Positions 1 through 9,769 of a DNA stretch of 62,665 bases are shown one piece after another. Source of the DNA: an uncultured Chromatiales bacterium (GTDB taxonomy: Bacteria > Bacteroidota > Ignavibacteria > SZUA-365 > CAYQST01); contig CAYUYM010000002.1 of the NCBI GenBank assembly GCA_964449305.1, forward strand, positions 1 to 62,665, given 5' to 3'. The notes under the pieces are model-generated. The model did not search any database, was not told the DNA's origin, and saw only the letters and a list, made by a program, of their open reading frames with translations. A program made the translations under genes and the position numbers. Every line of letters begins with the position of its first letter. The stretch's first letter is position 1.

Positions 1-2
1 CG

Positions 3-2510
3 CCCGGCGGGGCGGCCGCGGGGTGTGACAGCCTGCTGGTGCAGGGGGCGGACACGACCATCACCTTCGCCCGCAAGAACTCGGTGGACACGCTCGTCGA
101 TTACACCGCGGAGGACACCATCGTCTACTCCCTCGATGGCAGGACCATGACGCTGTACGGCAAGGCGATGGTGAAATTCGGGACCTTCAAGATCACGGCG
201 GCCATCATCCGCATCAACTGGGACGCTTCCACCATTGCCGCACGCGGCGTCCCCGACACCACCAAGCCGGGCGCCTTCATCGGGACGCCCGTGTTCGCCG
301 AGGGTGCCGACGAGTACACGGGTGAGGAGATGACCTACAACTTCAAGGCGCGCAAGGGCGTCATCACCCAGGGCCGCACCACCATCGACGACGGCTACTA
401 CATCGGCGAGCGCATCAAACGCATGTCGGAGGACACGTACTTCATCGCCAACGGGCAGTACACCACGTGCAACAACCCCGATCACAAGCACTACTACTTC
501 GGATCGCCCCGCATGAAAGTGGTGCCCAAGGACGTCATCATCGCCGAGCCCGTGTTCTTCATCATTGAGGACATCCCCGTGTTCGCCATCCCCTTCGCCG
601 TCATCCCGAGCAAGAGCGGCAGGGCATCGGGGCTCATCATCCCCACCTTCGGCGACTTCCCCTCGCGCGGGCGCTTCCTCAAGGGTGGCGGCTACTACTG
701 GGCCGCGAGTGACTACTGGGATCTGCGCCTCACCGGCGACTGGTACTCGAAGGGCGGCTACCAGCTCGAGGCCCATGCACAGTATGCCCTGCGCTATCGC
801 TTCAATGGCAGCATCACTGCGGCCTACGGGCGCCAGCGCTTCAACATCGGCAACCCCTGGCTGCCCGACGACCAGCCGCAGACCGACTACCGCCTGGCCT
901 TCAACCACTCGCAGCAGCTCACCCCCACGTCGAGCATTGCCGCGAACATGCAGTTCCAGTCCAACTCCTACTTCAGCAACAACAGCGTCAACATGAACGA
1001 GTTGTTGACACAGCGCATCTACTCGCAGGCCACCTACAACACCTCATGGGAATCCAACCGCTCCCTCACCGTGTCCGTGACGCGTGACCAGGATCTGCGG
1101 AGCGGGACCGCGACCACGGTGCTGCCCGACGTCTCCTTCTCGCAGTCGCAGATCTTCCCCTTCCGTCGGTCCGGCGGCGCGGAGCAGGCGTGGTACGAGC
1201 TCATCGGCTTCAACTACAGCGGTCAGGCGCGCAACCAGAACTCCATCCTGCAGGTGACGCGCAACGGTGTGGAGCAGAAGGAATCCTACGACCGGCGGGG
1301 AGTGCGGCATTCGGTGAACCTCCTTGCAACGCCCAAGCTGGGGTATGTCACAATCAGTCCCTCGTTCAGCTACGAGGAGAAATGGTACGACCACCGCATC
1401 GAGCGCTCGTTCCGGGAGTCGGATTCCACCGTGCAGGGGCGGGATGTGTCGGGGTTCTTTGCCGCGCGGAGTTTCAGCCTCGGGGTGAGCGCGTCCACGA
1501 AGCTCTACGGCATGTTCCAACCCGATGTGCTCGGCATTCTCGGCGTGCGGCACACCATGATGCCCAGCATCAGCTATCATTTCAATCCCGACTTCACCGC
1601 GCCGGGCTGGGGCAACTGGCTGCGCCATCGCGGGCTCAACAACGTGGAGGTGACGTACGACCCCTATTCCGGCTTCGATCAGAAACCGGGCGAGGTGTAT
1701 GGCGGGTCGGGCGGCCCCACGTCGCAGTCCATCGGATTCGGCGTCAGCAACATCATCGAGATGAAGCTCAACCCTGCGGCGGGGGACACCAGTGCCACCC
1801 CGCGGAAGTTCCAGCTCCTCGGTTTCGACATCTCCTCGGCCTACGATCTGGAGCGTGACAGCCTGCGTCTCTCGCCCATCAGCGTGAGCTATCGCACCAA
1901 CATCCAGAGCGTGCTGGACATCAGCGGAAGCGCCCGCTTCTCGCCGTATGTGTTCGATCAGAACCGCGTGACCACCGATTACCGCGGCCAGCAGGTGGTG
2001 GAACCGGGTGAGGTGGACCGCTGGATGATCTCGCATGGACAGGGCCTCGCCCGACTCACGAGCTTCGACATCAGCCTCTCCACCGCGCTCTCGCACGAGA
2101 TGTTCACCGACAGGGACAAGCCGAAGGACTCCACCGCGCTGTCCACTCCATCGGCCGCCGGCAGCCCCTACACCTTCCGCATTCCGTGGAGCGTCAATCT
2201 CTTCTACACGTATTCGATCAACCAGTTCAACCCGCTTCAGAAGACGCGTTCCTCGAGCATCAACATCAGCCTCTCCATCAGCCCCACGCCGAACTGGAAG
2301 ATCGCCGCGCGTGCCTTCTACGACCTCGTGTCGCACGAGCTGAGCGCGCCGGAGATCAACATCTCCCGCGATCTCCACTGCTGGCAGATGAACTTCAACT
2401 GGGTGCCCACAGGCTATTACCGCCGCTTCTACCTCGTGATCCAGCTCAAGGCCCCGCAGCTCAAGGACATCAAGCTCGAGCGCCAGGGAAGTGACAGGGA
2501 GATCCCGTAG
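3..2510 (+). CDS. lptD: LPS-assembly outer-membrane protein LptD (Bacteroidota-type), 5'-truncated by the window edge
   Basis: The frame is open from position 3 (ORF track starts at GTG 39). N-terminal OstA-like beta-jellyroll (YTGEEMTYNFK, YTTCN..HYY, IPTFG) followed by a long beta-barrel with alternating aromatics and a typical C-terminus (ISRDLHCWQMNFNWVP). Ends TAG. Confidence 0.85.
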   Translation, partial: PGGAAAGCDSLLVQGADTTITFARKNSVDTLVDYTAEDTIVYSLDGRTMTLYGKAMVKFGTFKITAAIIRINWDASTIAARGVPDTTKPGAFIGTPVFAEGADEYTGEEMTYNFKARKGVITQGRTTIDDGYYIGERIKRMSEDTYFIANGQYTTCNNPDHKHYYFGSPRMKVVPKDVIIAEPVFFIIEDIPVFAIPFAVIPSKSGRASGLIIPTFGDFPSRGRFLKGGGYYWAASDYWDLRLTGDWYSKGGYQLEAHAQYALRYRFNGSITAAYGRQRFNIGNPWLPDDQPQTDYRLAFNHSQQLTPTSSIAANMQFQSNSYFSNNSVNMNELLTQRIYSQATYNTSWESNRSLTVSVTRDQDLRSGTATTVLPDVSFSQSQIFPFRRSGGAEQAWYELIGFNYSGQARNQNSILQVTRNGVEQKESYDRRGVRHSVNLLATPKLGYVTISPSFSYEEKWYDHRIERSFRESDSTVQGRDVSGFFAARSFSLGVSASTKLYGMFQPDVLGILGVRHTMMPSISYHFNPDFTAPGWGNWLRHRGLNNVEVTYDPYSGFDQKPGEVYGGSGGPTSQSIGFGVSNIIEMKLNPAAGDTSATPRKFQLLGFDISSAYDLERDSLRLSPISVSYRTNIQSVLDISGSARFSPYVFDQNRVTTDYRGQQVVEPGEVDRWMISHGQGLARLTSFDISLSTALSHEMFTDRDKPKDSTALSTPSAAGSPYTFRIPWSVNLFYTYSINQFNPLQKTRSSSINISLSISPTPNWKIAARAFYDLVSHELSAPEINISRDLHCWQMNFNWVPTGYYRRFYLVIQLKAPQLKDIKLERQGSDREIP

Positions 2511-2665
2511 CGCAGCGCACAGCGGACAATCCCTCTGTCCTTCCCGCGCACCGAGTGAAGAGTTCAAGAGTCAGGGCGCGCAGGGAGCGTGCCATGACGC
2601 ATGCGTGAGTTCCTTCGCGGCAGACCAACGTGATACCCTGACAACCTGAGAACTTGAGCCCCCCC

Positions 2666-3022
2666 TCAGTCCCTTCCCAACACTGCCTGGTCCTTCTTTG
2701 GAAGGGTGGCGACGACGAGGTCGTAGGAGTGGTCGACCCATTCCTGGATGAGGCGGTCGGGGAGGGTGTGGTCGATGATGACGGTGTTCCAGTGACGTTT
2801 GTTCATGTGCCAGCCGGGGCGCACGGCGTCGTGGCGTTCGCGCAGCTCGACGGCGCGTTCCGGATCGCACTTCAGGTTGATGCTCATGGGCACGGTGGCG
2901 ATGTCTGTGAGGGCGAACATCTTCCCCAGCACCTTGAAGACGAGCGTGGTCTCGTCGAAGGGGAAATGCTCGGTGACACCGCGTTTCTTCAGGCAGTAGC
3001 TGCGAAAGGTCTCGATGTTCAT
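2666..3022 (-). CDS. MmcQ/YjbR family DNA-binding protein
   Basis: MNIETFRSYCL...FPFDETTLVFKVLGKMFAL...NLKCDPE...LRE....PGWHMNKRHWNT is the YjbR signature. Start refined to ATG 3022. Confidence 0.9.
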   Translation of the reverse strand: MNIETFRSYCLKKRGVTEHFPFDETTLVFKVLGKMFALTDIATVPMSINLKCDPERAVELRERHDAVRPGWHMNKRHWNTVIIDHTLPDRLIQEWVDHSYDLVVATLPKKDQAVLGRD

Positions 3023-3032
3023 TGCGTGGATG

Positions 3033-4193
3033 TCAGGTCTGTGATGACGGGGGGCTGGCGCCGACGTGGCGCGCCCAGGCTTCGGGGTCGGTGACACCCT
3101 CCGTCACGATCAGACGGATGTGCGACGCCGGTGTGAGACCGAGGGCGGCCCGCGATGCGGCATGGTCGGGGGAGGAGAGCACCGAGAGGGCGGCGACGGA
3201 GGCGGCGCCGGTTTCGGAGGAACGGATGCCCATCGCGGCGAGGCGGCGCATGCCATCGATGGCCTGGTCGTTGTCGATGGTGAGGAAGGCGTCGAGGCCG
3301 CGAAAGATGTGCGGCCAGGAATTCAGGGACAGCGTCCCGCAGTTCATGCCCGCCATGATGGAGCTGCCTGCGTCGTTGACCGTCACCATCCGCCCGGCAC
3401 GTGCGGACGCCAATGCGCAGGCGGCCGTGGTCGGCTCGTAGCCGATGAGCAGCGGCTGCCGCTCGAGGCCCTCCCGGCGGTAGTGGCGGACGGCGGCCTC
3501 CGCGAGCGCGCCGATTCCGATGGGGAGCAGGATGGCGTCGGCCGCCTGCGTCAGCCCCGCGGCCTCGGCCTCGTCGATCTCCTGGAAGAGCGTGGAATAG
3601 CCCTTCACCACCTGGTGCGGAATGTCGTAGTAGCCCTCCCACGCGGTGTCCTGGACGAGCACGATGCCGCGGCGCGCATCCTGGGCCGCGCGCTTCACTG
3701 CATCGTCGTAGCCGCCCTCCACGATGCGCACCTCCGCCTCCTCCTGGGCGATGGCGTCGATGCGGACCTGGACGGTGGTGTGGGGGATGTAGATGCGTGC
3801 GGGCAGGCCGAGCAGCCGGGCCATGCGGGCCACGCCCCGGCCGTGGTTCCCATCGGTCGCCGCGACGAACATGATCCTCCCGATCTTCTGCGCCCGCTCC
3901 CCGAGCTCCTCGATGCTGTGCCACTGCCGGTCCCGGATGCCGTAGCGAAAGCGCAGTGTCCAGTACATGGCATACGATGCGCCGAGGATCTTGAACGACG
4001 GCAGGCCGCAACGCAGCGTCTCAAGCTTGAGCGACACCGCCCGCCAGCCCCCGGTCGTGGCAAGCCCGGGGGCGTCCACGATGTCCGTGGGGAGATGGCC
4101 GGGCATCCGCTGGTGGAATGCGGGCGCCTCGGTGGCAATGCCATCTTTCACAGCCAGACGGGTTCGATATGGATTGATGAAGAACTCTGTCAT
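3033..4193 (-). CDS. dpaL: Diaminopropionate ammonia-lyase (PLP fold type II)
   Basis: KLETLRCGLPSFKILGASYA (PLP Lys), ATDGNHGRGVA, QDTAWEGY, GIGALA, SIMAGMNCG, SSETGAAS. Start refined to MTEFFINP at 4193. Confidence 0.85.
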   Translation of the reverse strand: MTEFFINPYRTRLAVKDGIATEAPAFHQRMPGHLPTDIVDAPGLATTGGWRAVSLKLETLRCGLPSFKILGASYAMYWTLRFRYGIRDRQWHSIEELGERAQKIGRIMFVAATDGNHGRGVARMARLLGLPARIYIPHTTVQVRIDAIAQEEAEVRIVEGGYDDAVKRAAQDARRGIVLVQDTAWEGYYDIPHQVVKGYSTLFQEIDEAEAAGLTQAADAILLPIGIGALAEAAVRHYRREGLERQPLLIGYEPTTAACALASARAGRMVTVNDAGSSIMAGMNCGTLSLNSWPHIFRGLDAFLTIDNDQAIDGMRRLAAMGIRSSETGAASVAALSVLSSPDHAASRAALGLTPASHIRLIVTEGVTDPEAWARHVGASPPSSQT

Positions 4194-4342
4194 GTCGTCA
4201 CACGCGGATCCGACATTCAATGTAGTAATACTGTCCCACTTTTCCTGATCCATCCCGGGAATCCACCGTCCCATGTGGCGGGGACTGTGGTGAAATGTTG
4301 GGAATATGCGCCGGAGCGGATATCTTGTCACTCCTCCACAGC

Positions 4343-5455
4343 ATGATGACCGCCATGAACATTCTTCATTTCGTCCTCGATGACTCCCTGGCTGCACACC
4401 TCCTTTCCGCCCTGGTGCTGCTCCTCATCGCCTACCTCGCGGGCCGCGCCCTGCATGCAGTCTTCCGTGTCATCCTCCATCGGTATGCCGCGAAGACGCG
4501 AACGAACCTCGACGACATCCTTCTCACCGCGGTCGCCGTCAAGATCCCGCCGCTGCTGAGCCTGTTCATGCTGCACCTCATCATTCTCGACCTCGTCGGG
4601 CGGCCGGCTTTTGCCGACAACCGCTGGCAGATCGGCCTCTCCATCAGCCGTGAAGCGATGTTCATCATCATCGCCGTGTACATCGGCTACGTCTTCATCC
4701 GCTTCATCGACGCCCTCGTGCTGTGGTACATGAAGGATGTGGCGGCACGGACCAGCACGCATCTCGACGAGGAACTCGCCCCCCTCGTCAACCGCATCCT
4801 CAACCTTGTCGTCTATCTCGTGATCATCGTCATCATCCTCGATCACTACAACCAGAACATCTCCACACTCATCGTCTCCCTCGGCGTCGGCTCCCTTGCC
4901 CTCGCCCTGGCGGCTCAGGAGACCATCGCGAACATGATCGCCGGCTTCGTCCTGATGATCGACCGGCCGTTCCGGCACAGCGATCGCATCCGCCTGCCCG
5001 ACGGCACCATCGGCAATGTCCACCAGATCGGCATGCGCTCCACCAAGGTGATCGACGACAACAACGTCATGATCATCACGCCCAATGCCGAGATCGTCAA
5101 GAGCCAGATCCGCAACTTCTCCTATCCGAACGACGTGGTGCGCTTCACCGTGCCCTTCTCCGTCGCCTATGGCACAGACATCAATACCATGCGATCCATC
5201 CTGCTGACGCGCGTCAACGCCGAACCCGACGTCGTGGATCCGGAGACCACCGAGGTGCGCATCACGGATCTCGGGGAGTATGCCGTGAAATGTGACGTGA
5301 TGGTCCGCATCAAGGATCCCAACCGCATTCCGCGGCGCCGCGGGGATCTGCTCCAGGTGATCCACGACACACTCGGTGCCCATGGCATCGAGATCCCCTA
5401 CCCGCAGCACGTGCTGCACTACGCCTCGCCGGACACAAGGGGGCCGTCGGCATGA
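4343..5455 (+). CDS. mscS: Small-conductance mechanosensitive channel (MscS family)
   Basis: Several TM helices then LGVGSLALALAAQETIANMIAG, DRPFR.SDRI, IGMRSTK, PNAEI, FSVAYGTD, GIEIPYPQ. Start is 4343 or 4355. Confidence 0.9.
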   Translation: MMTAMNILHFVLDDSLAAHLLSALVLLLIAYLAGRALHAVFRVILHRYAAKTRTNLDDILLTAVAVKIPPLLSLFMLHLIILDLVGRPAFADNRWQIGLSISREAMFIIIAVYIGYVFIRFIDALVLWYMKDVAARTSTHLDEELAPLVNRILNLVVYLVIIVIILDHYNQNISTLIVSLGVGSLALALAAQETIANMIAGFVLMIDRPFRHSDRIRLPDGTIGNVHQIGMRSTKVIDDNNVMIITPNAEIVKSQIRNFSYPNDVVRFTVPFSVAYGTDINTMRSILLTRVNAEPDVVDPETTEVRITDLGEYAVKCDVMVRIKDPNRIPRRRGDLLQVIHDTLGAHGIEIPYPQHVLHYASPDTRGPSA

Positions 5456-6213
5456 GCGCGCTTGAGAGCGAGATCGACCAGAGCGCGTATTACCACGTCG
5501 CCTACGAGAATCATGACATCATGAACCCGCTCGGGGATGAGCGCTACATCGCCCTCGGCAGCCTCTGCGGACTCGGTTCTTCCTCGCGCGTTCTCGACAT
5601 CGGGAGCGGGAACGGCCACGCCGCCCTGCTGCTGGTCCAGGCCTTCGACTGCTTCGTGGAGCAGGTGGACGTCTCCGAAAAATGGACGGCCCGTGCCGCG
5701 GCCCTCTTCGCCGGCCACAACCTGCTGCACCGCACCGCCATCCATTGCGCCGATGCCGCCGGGCATGCCATCCCCGCCGGGGGGTTCGATCTCATCATCT
5801 GCTTCGGAACGGCGCAGGTGTTCGGCGGCTTCCGCAAGGCGCTGCTGCACATCCTGCCCGGGCTCCGGCCGGGGGGCTGCATCATCGTCGCCGAACCGTC
5901 GATCGACGTCCCCATCCCTCGCGCCTTCTCCGCATGGCTCCGGGAATCCGGCTGGGTGATTCCCTCCACCGTGGAGTACCTGCGCGTCATCGACCGCCTC
6001 GCGCTCGACATCCTCGGTGTCTTCCGCAGCACACCGGCGGAATGGGACGCCTACATGGCCCTCCAGTGGAAGGCGGTGATCGACCATCTGCGCGCCAACC
6101 CGCGGGATGAGGATGCGATCCTCTTCCGCGCCCATGCCCGCGAGGAGCAGGAGATGTACCTCCGGTACCAGCGGCATCTCATGAACTGGGATGTCTACGT
6201 CCTGCGGAAATGA
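5452..6213 (+). CDS. Class I SAM-dependent methyltransferase (YjhP-like)
   Basis: HDIMNPL, VLDIGSGNG motif I, FDLIICFG, LRPGGCIIVAEP. ATGA overlap with mscS. Confidence 0.8.
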   Translation: MSALESEIDQSAYYHVAYENHDIMNPLGDERYIALGSLCGLGSSSRVLDIGSGNGHAALLLVQAFDCFVEQVDVSEKWTARAAALFAGHNLLHRTAIHCADAAGHAIPAGGFDLIICFGTAQVFGGFRKALLHILPGLRPGGCIIVAEPSIDVPIPRAFSAWLRESGWVIPSTVEYLRVIDRLALDILGVFRSTPAEWDAYMALQWKAVIDHLRANPRDEDAILFRAHAREEQEMYLRYQRHLMNWDVYVLRK

Positions 6214-6276
6214 TCTGCGGGAAGCGCGGGGCTCCCACCAGGCAGCACATGGGAATGTTGAATGGCGCTGTGTGCG

Positions 6277-6933
6277 TCAGGCGGGTGCCTGGTCGAAACG
6301 CATCAACACCGCACGCGTCGGTGCGCCGTCGGTGTCGGTGACGGCCAGCGGCAGGGAGGCGAGCGTATACACCCCCGGTTCCACATGGTTGAGCCGAAGG
6401 AACTCGAGGATCAGCACGCCTGCCCCGAGGAGGATGCCGTGCACCGGGAAGCGCGGATCGCCCACCTCGATGCTCGCATGGTCGATCCCGACGAGCTGCA
6501 CACCATGCGCCACCACCCACTCCGCGGCCTCCACCGTCAAGCCGCAGGCGGGGTTTCCGGTCTTGAAGAGAAGTGAGTGGCCGGGCTGCACGCCGGGAAG
6601 CTCCACCTCGCGCACACCGATGGCATCGTGGCCGGTCACATCCACCACGTGGGCGGTGGTGACGAAGCGTTCGATGGGCAGATCCGAGAGTGCCATGCCC
6701 CCGGGCACGAAATGCCGCTGGGCGTCGAGATGCGTGCCGCTGTGCGTGGTCAGGAACAGATCGTGCTCCTCGTAGCCATCCGCGTCGATGGAGGCGAGGC
6801 GCGACCGGTGCATCACAGGCCTGCCCGTGAACGAGGGGGTCGATTCATTGAGGGGGATGGAGATGTCGATGGTGCGCATGGCTGGCGTCGCTGGGGGTGG
6901 GTGGGGGAAAGGATCTGCCGGCGGAAACGTCAT
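6277..6933 (-). CDS. Cyclase family protein (kynurenine formamidase-like metal hydrolase)
   Basis: IDISIPL, THSGTHLDAQRH (HxGTHxD), VQLVGID..SIE, LILEFL. Start 6933 overlaps the upstream stop (ATGA); alternative start 6879. Confidence 0.88.
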   Translation of the reverse strand: MTFPPADPFPHPPPATPAMRTIDISIPLNESTPSFTGRPVMHRSRLASIDADGYEEHDLFLTTHSGTHLDAQRHFVPGGMALSDLPIERFVTTAHVVDVTGHDAIGVREVELPGVQPGHSLLFKTGNPACGLTVEAAEWVVAHGVQLVGIDHASIEVGDPRFPVHGILLGAGVLILEFLRLNHVEPGVYTLASLPLAVTDTDGAPTRAVLMRFDQAPA

Positions 6934-8192
6934 TGGACGGCCTTCACCGCACGCTCGATGTCCTCGGTGAGCGTGGGGGAGGTGCCGAGAAAGATGGTGC
7001 GGATGATGCCGCGCTTGTCGATGACCAGGGTGTAGGGGATGCCGTCGATGCCGAGCTGCTCCACCGCATCAGGATGGTTCATGTACAGGTCGAAGGGGAT
7101 GCCCTGGCGCGTGAACACGGCCTGGGCGGCCTCCGGTTTCTCGTCGAGACTGATGGCCACGAAATGGACGGATCCCTTCGGGAAGGTGGCGGGCACGTCC
7201 TTCAGCGAGAGCAGCAGTTTGCGTGACTGCTCCGAACTGCTGATCCAGAACATCAGCACCACCGCGCGCCCCCTGTCCTGCGACACCGTGTAGGATGCCT
7301 TGTCGCCGAAGGGGAAGCGGAAGTCCGGCATGGCGGCATTCATCAGCGCCTTGCGGCGGTTCTCGTTCTCCAGCGCCATGCGGCGGTTGTCCTCCAGCAG
7401 TTGCTCACGGTCGACCATCATCTTCACCTCGTCCCATTGCTCACGCGCGTCGATGCGGTCCTTGTATTCCAGTCCGCGTTTCTCATCGCGGAAGATGTAA
7501 TAGTAGGTGCGGGCGATGAGTGAGAGCACATCAGGGGATTCGGGGAATTTCCGCTCCAAGTCCTCGAGCATGGTCACGATGCGGCGCTGCGTCACATCGC
7601 TGCCCTTGTCACGCGCCATGATGAGGGTGAAGAAGAGCGGGTAGGCACGGAGGTTGAGCGGATGGAAGCTGATCTCCGCCTCCGCCTCCCGCGCGCGTTC
7701 CGAGATGTCGGCACGAGCGAGCTCGAGGAAGGACGTCATGAAGTACCGCGCATTGCGCACGGGCTCGCCCTGCCTGTCCTTCACGTAGGTCACGAAGGTC
7801 TTCCTGTCATTGTCGTCCCGTTTCACCCCGTCCGTGATGTACCACGACACGAGAGCCGCGGTGGAGTCGAGGGGGATGTCGGCCTCCCACCCCAGCGGTG
7901 TGCGCGTCATCGCACGGCGGCGGACACGCGCGGTGTCGGGCTGGAGCACGTTCTCCCACAGGGCGAGGCGCGTCCCCTGACGGGAGTTCCAGAAGTTGAA
8001 GACGTAGACGACGTCGAGCTTCTCCGGGTTGGAGAAGATGCCGCGTGTCTCGGCGTTGTAGAGAATCTTGAAGGGCAGGCCGAGCACGGCGGTGTTCTGT
8101 GCCGATGTGTGCGTGACAGGGAGGAGGAGGAAGGCGAGGATGAGGAGGCGTGTGCTCACCGCGTGGTCCTGGAATCGTGATACAACGGTCAT
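6930..8192 (-). CDS. Secreted protein with C-terminal TlpA/AhpC-TSA thioredoxin-like domain lacking the CxxC cysteines
   Basis: Signal peptide (LLILAFLLLPVTHTSAQ). C-terminal domain MPDFRF...GRAVVLMFWISSSEQSR...FVAISLD...GIDGIPYTLVIDKRGII. Start 8192 by ATGA overlap. Confidence 0.7.
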   Translation of the reverse strand: MTVVSRFQDHAVSTRLLILAFLLLPVTHTSAQNTAVLGLPFKILYNAETRGIFSNPEKLDVVYVFNFWNSRQGTRLALWENVLQPDTARVRRRAMTRTPLGWEADIPLDSTAALVSWYITDGVKRDDNDRKTFVTYVKDRQGEPVRNARYFMTSFLELARADISERAREAEAEISFHPLNLRAYPLFFTLIMARDKGSDVTQRRIVTMLEDLERKFPESPDVLSLIARTYYYIFRDEKRGLEYKDRIDAREQWDEVKMMVDREQLLEDNRRMALENENRRKALMNAAMPDFRFPFGDKASYTVSQDRGRAVVLMFWISSSEQSRKLLLSLKDVPATFPKGSVHFVAISLDEKPEAAQAVFTRQGIPFDLYMNHPDAVEQLGIDGIPYTLVIDKRGIIRTIFLGTSPTLTEDIERAVKAVQ

Positions 8193-8734
8193 TGAAATGG
8201 AGGATACATGGGGGCGGGCTTGCGCTTGAAGATGGCGCCGCCGATGAGGCCGCCCAGTGCGCCGAAGATGGTGAACAGGAGCACCGACACGCCGAAGATG
8301 ATGAGCGCAAAGAGGGCGGGTGTGGACGCGAGGCTCTGCATCACCTGCTTCGTGGTCTCGATCAACTCGGGGGTCGCGTTCGGTGTGCGCGCCATCTCCT
8401 CCAGTGCCACGTTCATCTGGCCGTTGAAGGCGTCCATGAAGTTCGGGGAGAAGAAGCCCATCTCCACGAGCTCGACGATGGTGTAGAGCGCACCGCCGAT
8501 GAGTCCCGACAGCGTGCCGGTGAGGGTGGCCATGCCCACGGTGAAGGGATCCTGCGGTCCGAACGCCTTCTTGTGGAACCACACGGCGAGGATGGCGGAT
8601 CCCATGATGCCTGCACAGCAGGCGCAGTTGACAAGGTTGATGATGGGGATGGCCGAAACCACCGCCATGGCCACGCCACCGATGAGGACGGGGACGAGGC
8701 GTGAAGGCTGCTGCTGCGGAAGCGGTTCGATCAT
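8189..8734 (-). CDS. Uncharacterised integral membrane protein with a CACC motif
   Basis: AAGGAG RBS before ATG 8734. About four hydrophobic helices, INLVNCACCAG, Gly-rich FGALGGLIGG terminal helix. Confidence 0.7.
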   Translation of the reverse strand: MIEPLPQQQPSRLVPVLIGGVAMAVVSAIPIINLVNCACCAGIMGSAILAVWFHKKAFGPQDPFTVGMATLTGTLSGLIGGALYTIVELVEMGFFSPNFMDAFNGQMNVALEEMARTPNATPELIETTKQVMQSLASTPALFALIIFGVSVLLFTIFGALGGLIGGAIFKRKPAPMYPPFQ

Positions 8735-9270
8735 GACGTGCTCCTTTCTTCTATGCCGGAAATGGTGGGTGGCAGGAACTCGAGGCGGACATCCTCCAAT
8801 GCACGGGCGATCACGAGGGCGAGCCCCGCGCCGGCGAGTGCTCCGGTGATCGTGCGTGTGGCGATGGTGGCGGCATGCAGGCCCGTTGCATCGAGGGCCG
8901 CATCCGCCAGCATCGGAAGCAGCAGCAGCAGCCCCGCGAGCGGTCTGCGCCCCAGCAGGCGACGCAGCGGTGGGACGAGCATGCCGACGAGCACGATGGT
9001 GAACGCGGCGTAGATGGCCGTGCACCTGGCGCAGACCGACAGCGGCGCATGCCAGAGATGAAACGATCGATCGGGCATCTGATGACACACGAGCGAATAC
9101 ATGTGGTGCGAGGCGAGGGCGGGAAGAATGATGGAGCCGGTGTGAATGGCGAGGGGATGGAGGGCGATGCCTGCGGTCCACAACACCGCGCCAAGCGCGG
9201 CGATGGCGTGGAGGCGCCGGCCTGTCAGCCAGAAGGCCCTATTTCTTCTGCCGCGACCGGAGGAAATCAT
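8731..9270 (-). CDS. DUF2085 family membrane protein
   Basis: CHQMPDRSF...SVCARCTAIY and PMLADA...RTITGALAG motifs, with hydrophobic helices. Confidence 0.85.
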   Translation of the reverse strand: MISSGRGRRNRAFWLTGRRLHAIAALGAVLWTAGIALHPLAIHTGSIILPALASHHMYSLVCHQMPDRSFHLWHAPLSVCARCTAIYAAFTIVLVGMLVPPLRRLLGRRPLAGLLLLLPMLADAALDATGLHAATIATRTITGALAGAGLALVIARALEDVRLEFLPPTISGIEERSTS

Positions 9271-9769
9271 CCCACTTCGTGGTCTTGTAATGCTCGCCGT
9301 TCACGTACACCAGAATCTGGAGGAACATGTCGGCCTTGATGTAGCCGGGCACCACGGTGATCACGCTCCCGTCGGCCGCGAGGAACACAGTGGTCGGGTA
9401 GCTGTTCACGCCCCAGGACCGGGCGATCTGGGTCTCGGACACCTCACTGCCGTCCACCAAATGCTTTGTGGATGCCTCGGCGTTGAGCTTCACCGTCACG
9501 AAGTGCTCATCGAGGTAGGACTGGACGTCGGCGGCGCTGTAGACATCCTTGTCCATCTTCTTGCACCAGCCACACCAGTTGGTGTAGACATCCACGATGA
9601 TCTTCTTGTTGGACTGCTTCGCCTCGTCGAGGGCCTTGCCATAGCCCCGCCAGTTGAGGTCGCTGCCCGACGAGGTGAGGCCGATGGCATCGGTGAGACC
9701 GCTGAAGATCACGATGGCGACGACAGCGATGGCGACGGCGGCGAGGCCGATCCTGGTGTTTCTGGTCAT
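9239..9769 (-). CDS. Exported thioredoxin family protein
   Basis: N-terminal hydrophobic anchor, IVDVYTNWCGWCKKMD, VKLNAE, WGVNSYPT (cis-Pro). Start 9769 overlaps the upstream stop. Confidence 0.88.
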   Translation of the reverse strand: MTRNTRIGLAAVAIAVVAIVIFSGLTDAIGLTSSGSDLNWRGYGKALDEAKQSNKKIIVDVYTNWCGWCKKMDKDVYSAADVQSYLDEHFVTVKLNAEASTKHLVDGSEVSETQIARSWGVNSYPTTVFLAADGSVITVVPGYIKADMFLQILVYVNGEHYKTTKWDDFLRSRQKK

